IMG/VR virus record: IMGVR_UViG_3300025377_000002
Origin: a virus
Length of the DNA stretch: 35,767 nt
Direction: 5' to 3' (one strand)
Part shown: one piece after another, positions 31,648 to 35,767 of the stretch
Layout of the letters: every line of letters starts with the position of its first letter
How positions within the stretch are numbered: position 1 is the stretch's first letter
Program-made: the position numbers and the translations under genes
The notes under the pieces: generated by a model
Seen by the model: the letters and a program-made list of their open reading frames with translations, nothing else
What the model was told of the DNA's origin: nothing
Databases searched by the model: none

Positions 31648-32445
31648 ATGCAATCATACAATAATAATCCAAAATTCAAAAGACACGTTGTCCAGAACAT
31701 CGAAAAAAATCAAGGCTGCAATGTAGGCTCTGGTGAATTCGCTGTTTGCCAAATACTTGGTGAAAAATTCCAAGAGAAACTCGATGTTGCTGTTGCTATA
31801 TTGTATCTTGGTGATACAATATTTAAAAACCTACCCAAAAATAAAGCAGATCAATTTGACTTTTATAATTCAATTCCAGCTGGAAAAGATTTGTCACAGG
31901 TCGTAAAGGTCGTAATTGATATGAAGATTGCTGTCTTAACTGACCCAACATTTGGTTGCAGACAATATGCATTCGATGATGGGAAAGCGGCGATTGACTC
32001 GATTGTTGAGTTACTTAGTCGTTCGAAACGAGAAGAGATTGATGAGTCAGCATGGTCTTTAGCAGAGTCGGCAGCAGAGTCGGCAGCAGAGTCAGCAGAA
32101 GAGGTGGCACGGTCAGCATGGTCTTTAGCAGAGTCGGCATCAGCGTCAGGATGGTCAGCAGCAGCAGAGGCAGCAGAGGCAGCACAGTCAGCAGCTGAGT
32201 CAGGATGGCAAGCAGCAGCAAAGGCAGCAGAGTCTGCAGTATGGTCAGCAGCAGAGTCTGCGTGGCAAGCAGCATGGTCAGCAGAGTCTGCACGGCCAGC
32301 ATGGTCAGCAGTATGGTCAGCAGAGTCAGCAGAGTCTGCAGGGTCGGCAGCAGAGGCAGCAGCAGAGTCTGCGTGGCAAGCAGCAGCAGAGTCAGCATAC
32401 GAACACATAGCTGCAAAACTTATTAAGCTATTGAAGAATGCGTAA
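31648..32445 (+). CDS. protein with a Trp/Ala/Ser/Glu 4-residue-periodic repeat C-terminal half (unknown function)
   Basis: 265 aa. An N-terminal ~130 aa non-repetitive domain is followed by AWSLAESAAESAAESAEE...SGWQAAAKAAESAVWSAAESAWQAAWSAESARPAWSAVWSAESAESAG... Confidence 0.7.
   Translation: MQSYNNNPKFKRHVVQNIEKNQGCNVGSGEFAVCQILGEKFQEKLDVAVAILYLGDTIFKNLPKNKADQFDFYNSIPAGKDLSQVVKVVIDMKIAVLTDPTFGCRQYAFDDGKAAIDSIVELLSRSKREEIDESAWSLAESAAESAAESAEEVARSAWSLAESASASGWSAAAEAAEAAQSAAESGWQAAAKAAESAVWSAAESAWQAAWSAESARPAWSAVWSAESAESAGSAAEAAAESAWQAAAESAYEHIAAKLIKLLKNA
32044..32400. repeat. GC-rich degenerate tandem repeat (units gcagagtcNgca / tggtcagca)
   Basis: Read directly. There are no stops in several frames on either strand, which produces the shadow ORFs 31863-32408, 32015-32416 and 32205-32426. 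Confidence 0.85.
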
Positions 32446-32493
32446 GTGCCTAGGTTTCAGTCGTTCCTAACAAAAACGGCTTGTTGAAAGATT

Positions 32494-32684
32494 GAATCAA
32501 GCAGTAGCTAAAGCGGTCAATAGCTGAAAAAGTGCAGAAGACAGACGATTAGTTTTTGTACTCTAATAAAAGAATAAAGGGAAATAGACGTCGGGGGAGT
32601 GTGATGACTACCCAGCCTGACCCATCACTATAATACGTGGCTTAATCCTTTCTTACGCAGGTTCGAATCCTGTCTGCTTGATTC
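32494..32684 (+). ncRNA. tRNA-like RNA with canonical acceptor/D/T arms and a ~110-nt insert replacing or interrupting the anticodon arm
   Basis: Acceptor caagcag (32498-32504) pairs with ctgcttg (32674-32680), extendable to 11 bp (32494-32504 with 32674-32684). U8-A9 is 'ta'. D arm: gcta-aagcggtcaa-tagc (G10, A14, GG, A21). T arm: gcagg-ttcgaat-cctgt (32657-32673). Confidence 0.55.
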
Positions 32685-32717
32685 AGCCTTTGAGCTGAGA
32701 AATAAACTTAAAATATT

Positions 32718-33020
32718 ATGAAATACGTAAAATTCACAGAAATTAACGACAATGAAGGTGAGGAGTGGAACTTTTACCTACCTATTGCGGGCAATGAGGA
32801 TAAAATAGAAGAGCTTAAATGTATTATAGCTGAAGATGAAGAATGCTATTGTATCAGTGACGAACTGCTTGAAGAATCCGAAGTGGATGTTTTAGAAAAA
32901 CACGGAGGAAGCGGATACATGAGCTACCACAATAAGTGCACTGGAAAGTTAACACTTACCAAAAACACGCTTGATGATTTATACAAAGGAGGAATAATGA
33001 GCATGTTCACTATAGACTAA
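32718..33020 (+). CDS. strongly acidic small protein (hypothetical)
   Basis: 100 aa, very Glu/Asp-rich (EINDNEGEEWNF...AEDEECYCISDELLEESEVDVLEKHGG). Confidence 0.6.
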   Translation: MKYVKFTEINDNEGEEWNFYLPIAGNEDKIEELKCIIAEDEECYCISDELLEESEVDVLEKHGGSGYMSYHNKCTGKLTLTKNTLDDLYKGGIMSMFTID

Positions 33021-33141
33021 CCGCCTAAGCGGTTCTCTAATTCAGCCTATACCACTGGTGTAGGTTGAGTTAGCCCCTACAGACTTTTAGGAATTTTGGA
33101 TGTAGGGGTGAATAAAATAAAAACAAACTAAACTATTTATT

Positions 33142-33459
33142 ATGCCAAACAACTTAGACGAATTACTTTCACAAACTAAAGCTAATTCCAAGTTATCTAA
33201 TCACAAGAACAGTATCGGAGGTGCTTTGCTCATTGGAGCAATGGTTCTAACCGTTATTCTTCTTGCAGGTGTTCTCTTAACCCCTGAACCAAAACAAGCC
33301 GAGGCAGTTAATCCAATAGCTCAGTTAGAACAATCGAAAGCAGAACAGGAAAGAATAATTGTACAGGCTGAACAAGATAAACAAGTTGCAGAGCTTAGAA
33401 AGCAAGCAAAAGAACTTGAATTACAAGCATTATCAATTACAACTAATGACTCAAACTAA
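33142..33459 (+). CDS. membrane-anchored coiled-coil protein
   Basis: 105 aa. TM segment IGGALLIGAMVLTVILLAGVLL, then a Gln/Glu/Lys-rich helix. Confidence 0.55.
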   Translation: MPNNLDELLSQTKANSKLSNHKNSIGGALLIGAMVLTVILLAGVLLTPEPKQAEAVNPIAQLEQSKAEQERIIVQAEQDKQVAELRKQAKELELQALSITTNDSN

Positions 33460-34135
33460 TTTAACGATAATCGTAACATTCGCTTTAGCAGGGTTGTTAG
33501 CAGTAAGTGTTAACGCTTATGCACCAGAAGAGTTACCTAATTTAGAACGTTACAGTAATTCTTCAATCACCCTTGAGGCTAGTAGCAATGATATTAAAGA
33601 AGCTATTAGCCTTGAGCAACTATCGTATAATGAATCAGTCAAGCCAGTTGAACCAAAAATATCATTTGAAGAACAAAGATCGTCAATAGAAGCATATAGG
33701 CAAATGTACTTTCCTAATTCGCCAATTACAACAGATATGATTATCAAGGTATCTCAGCACTATCAGATACCAGTTAACTTTGTCTTAGCAGTAGGACACA
33801 ATGAAAGCCACATGGGAACGAAAGGTCGAGCAGTTGAGACTATGAACCCTATGAATGTTGGAAATGTTACTGAAGGCGATTACAAAGCTACAAACTGTAC
33901 ATTGTATTCAAACTGCTTATCAGGATGGGAAGAAGGCTTAGACCAGTTCGCCTCTTTAATTACTAGATGCTATTTTCATGAAGGCGAGGCAATTAAACTT
34001 CAAACATGGATTGACAGAGATTTTAGAGCCGTAAGATGCGGATTAGAAGGCAAACGCTACATGACAGATTGGAGAGCATTGGCAAAGTATCAAGAACGAA
34101 TACAGAATTTACAATCATTAAATATAGCATATTAG
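33446..34135 (+). CDS. secreted protein, possibly lysozyme/glucosaminidase-like; start trimmed from the ORF track
   Basis: I start at ATG 33446 (MTQTNLTIIVTFALAGLLAVSVNAYA is a signal peptide). LAVGHNESHMGTKGRAVETMNPMNVGN is weakly reminiscent of muramidase Glu-Ser motifs. Confidence 0.5.
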   Translation: MTQTNLTIIVTFALAGLLAVSVNAYAPEELPNLERYSNSSITLEASSNDIKEAISLEQLSYNESVKPVEPKISFEEQRSSIEAYRQMYFPNSPITTDMIIKVSQHYQIPVNFVLAVGHNESHMGTKGRAVETMNPMNVGNVTEGDYKATNCTLYSNCLSGWEEGLDQFASLITRCYFHEGEAIKLQTWIDRDFRAVRCGLEGKRYMTDWRALAKYQERIQNLQSLNIAY

Positions 34136-34136
34136 C

Positions 34137-34292
34137 ATGAAGATAGACATTAGCACAAAAAAATACCCGAATACATATATGTTGATAGATGACGAGGATG
34201 CACATAAAGTAGCTCATTTGAAATGGTGTCTTACTTCTATGGGGTATGCAATGCGTACAGAATCATTAAAATACAAGAAGATGGGCAGTTAA
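34137..34292 (+). pseudogene. N-terminal remnant of an HNH (HNH_3-type) homing-endonuclease-like gene
   Basis: MKIDISTKKYPNTYMLIDDEDAHKVAHLKWCLTSMGYAMRTESLKYKKMGS*. The [IV]DDED..K....KW......GYA.R pattern stops just before the expected HNH catalytic motif. Confidence 0.45.
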
Positions 34293-34382
34293 AACTAAGC
34301 GGTGACATTGATGATCTTAACGAACTTCTTGGCCTTGAGGGCGATAATACAATACAAAATAATCAACTTTATAACTAACTAT

Positions 34383-35120
34383 ATGACTAATTTCAAAGCA
34401 GGCGACTTAGTTCGCATAAAAGATAATGCAAAGGAGATAGTAGAAAGAACACAAGATTTAGCTTTCCCTGACGCTATGAAAGATATGCTGGGTGAGGTAC
34501 TAGAGGTTAAAGATGTTACAGAATGCACAAAAGACTATTGCTATGTATACACAGCAGACAAAAGCGAAGAGTGGATATTCCCCTTCGAAGCATTAGAGCC
34601 AGTTATTGACGACAACCTCCCAGACGACATGGAAGATCAAAGCATAAACCAATACAAACAAGACTATCTTAAAATAGCCGAAGCTATTGCAGGTGAGGGT
34701 TATACTGTTGTAGAAGATATTGATTACGTTAATGAAACTACAAAATTTAATACAATACTCAAACCAATCAAAGGCTTCAACCCTGAGAAGCTTACGTTTG
34801 ATGGGGTGGAGATAGTTGCTGGGGACAAAATAACTGTATGGGGGCTTCCTTACGCCTTAACTGTTATAGGCGGAGAGGTCTTATATGTTGAGTTTAGTAA
34901 TGCGGAATTACCAGTGGTATCACTAAATATAACCTCCCACTACCCAAAAAAAGACAAAGAGCTTGAACGGTTGGAGGCAGAAGTCAAGAAAGCTATAAAC
35001 AAAATCTACGCACTAGGGCAAGACAAGTGGGATGTATTTACACTTGACGCTGAAAATGCTCTTGAAACCTACTACCAAGCACGCCTCGCATTAGATAATT
35101 ATAAAGAGAATAATAAATAA
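34383..35120 (+). CDS. hypothetical protein; start trimmed to ATG 34383
   Basis: The track ORF starts at GTG 34302. ATG 34383 (MTNFKAGDLVRIKDN) removes a hydrophobic, low-information leader. No motif recognised. Confidence 0.55.
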   Translation: MTNFKAGDLVRIKDNAKEIVERTQDLAFPDAMKDMLGEVLEVKDVTECTKDYCYVYTADKSEEWIFPFEALEPVIDDNLPDDMEDQSINQYKQDYLKIAEAIAGEGYTVVEDIDYVNETTKFNTILKPIKGFNPEKLTFDGVEIVAGDKITVWGLPYALTVIGGEVLYVEFSNAELPVVSLNITSHYPKKDKELERLEAEVKKAINKIYALGQDKWDVFTLDAENALETYYQARLALDNYKENNK

Positions 35121-35144
35121 TATTAATACTTACTTAAAATAGAT

Positions 35145-35345
35145 ATGTTTAACCGAACTACTAAAATAGGAGATATTACAGTGACGGACTTAATGCCAAA
35201 TATGATTGCAAACGTTAAATCGATAGTTGATATTATAGAATCAATAAAAGATGATGAGACTAAAAAAATACTGCGAGAATATCTTGATAAGTATATTAAG
35301 TTTGCAAGTGAACCAAAGGCAATATTTGGACAAATAACTAAATAA
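35145..35345 (+). CDS. hypothetical small protein
   Basis: 66-aa ORF with a TAATATG junction to the next gene. Confidence 0.5.
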   Translation: MFNRTTKIGDITVTDLMPNMIANVKSIVDIIESIKDDETKKILREYLDKYIKFASEPKAIFGQITK

Positions 35346-35346
35346 T

Positions 35347-35748
35347 ATGACACTACTAAATAAACTACTAAATGAGCTTAAAACTAATGAAGAAGCTAGG
35401 GATAGATTAAATTCGCTTACACCAAATATTGATTGTTGGCTTGATGGTGATAATTGCTTATTCACCATTAGCGATCAATACTGGAATGCAATAGATATTC
35501 TGGATATGATAAGATTTGAGAATCTAGGTCAAGACTTCAAGAAAATAATAATAATGGCTATGCTCTCAAAAGGCGTAATGGAGTTTCTTGATAGAGATAT
35601 CACACGCGATAATGGCAACGGGTTTGTCTATGAAGATAATCTAGGAGAGCACCTATATCATGAATTCACCGAAGCTCTAAGAGTACACAAACCAGTAGAC
35701 GAAGCTATAAATATAATAGAAGAAATTTATGCAGAGTATGACAGTTAA
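35347..35748 (+). CDS. hypothetical acidic protein
   Basis: 133-aa ORF. It runs into the terminal repeat and, on the circular map, is followed after 29 nt by the HTH gene at 108. Confidence 0.6.
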   Translation: MTLLNKLLNELKTNEEARDRLNSLTPNIDCWLDGDNCLFTISDQYWNAIDILDMIRFENLGQDFKKIIIMAMLSKGVMEFLDRDITRDNGNGFVYEDNLGEHLYHEFTEALRVHKPVDEAINIIEEIYAEYDS

Positions 35749-35767
35749 AGAGATACAAATCCAGATG
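35669..35767. repeat. terminal direct repeat (second copy of 1-99)
   Basis: Verbatim identity, read directly. Confidence 0.95.

Noticed and set aside
31863-32426. Three extra ORFs (31863-32408-, 32015-32416-, 32205-32426+) over the GC-rich repeat
   Set aside because: The repeat units (gcagagtcNgca) contain no stop codons in several frames, so open frames are automatic. Only the plus frame at 31648 is continuous with a non-repetitive N-terminal domain and fits the operon direction.
32657-32684. tRNA 3'-end fragment as a phage attP core
   Set aside because: No integrase, recombinase or excisionase is recognisable anywhere in the closed genome. In addition, a matching 5' acceptor strand and a complete D arm lie 150 nt upstream, so the element is a whole structured RNA rather than a 3' fragment.
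1-35767. Diversity-generating retroelement, retron or other RT-based system that might explain the repeat-rich genes
   Set aside because: No ORF shows reverse-transcriptase motifs, and no template/variable repeat pair was seen. The repeats are local tandem arrays.

Overview
This window is a complete, circularly closed genome of an AT-rich tailed dsDNA phage with siphovirus-type gene order. The first 99 nt recur verbatim as the last 99 nt, so the unit length is 35,668 bp. Two divergent arms leave a ~540-bp control region (27069-27605). The leftward (minus-strand) arm runs 27068->2011. It carries an Hjc-like resolvase, a Dam-type methyltransferase and small ORFs. These are followed by an RHH protein, a PLD-like nuclease, TerS, TerL, a portal-MuF fusion, a prohead-protease/2H-phosphoesterase fusion, scaffold, MCP, connectors, major tail protein, G/GT chaperone, TMP, distal tail and C1q-like fibre genes, an M23 lysin and holin-like genes. 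The arm ends in a separately promoted HIT-like + dual-HTH operon. The rightward (plus-strand) early arm runs 27606->35748, wraps, and ends at 1987. It carries a Rad52-type annealase, SSB, a KilAC antirepressor, many small acidic ORFs and repeat-rich genes. Transcription signals are unusually legible: seven near-consensus TTGACA-N17-TATAAT-like promoters. In contrast, most start codons lack a Shine-Dalgarno and sit in a stop-start junction TAATATG. No integrase, repressor, DNA polymerase, primase or helicase was recognised. The most interesting items are: (1) a 184-191 nt tRNA-like RNA with canonical acceptor, D and T arms but a ~110-nt insert in place of the anticodon arm (32494-32684); (2) immediately upstream of it, a GC-rich Trp/Ala/Ser/Glu repeat protein; (3) the prohead protease fused to a two-HxTx 2H phosphoesterase (18424-19686), a candidate capsid-packaged signal-degrading enzyme; (4) the HIT-like + dual-HTH operon (2011-2841); (5) a promoter-to-terminator small RNA upstream of the antirepressor (30723-30849); (6) an exact 13-mer present three times at fixed distance upstream of late genes. 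All functional calls rest on motif recognition by eye; no searches were run.
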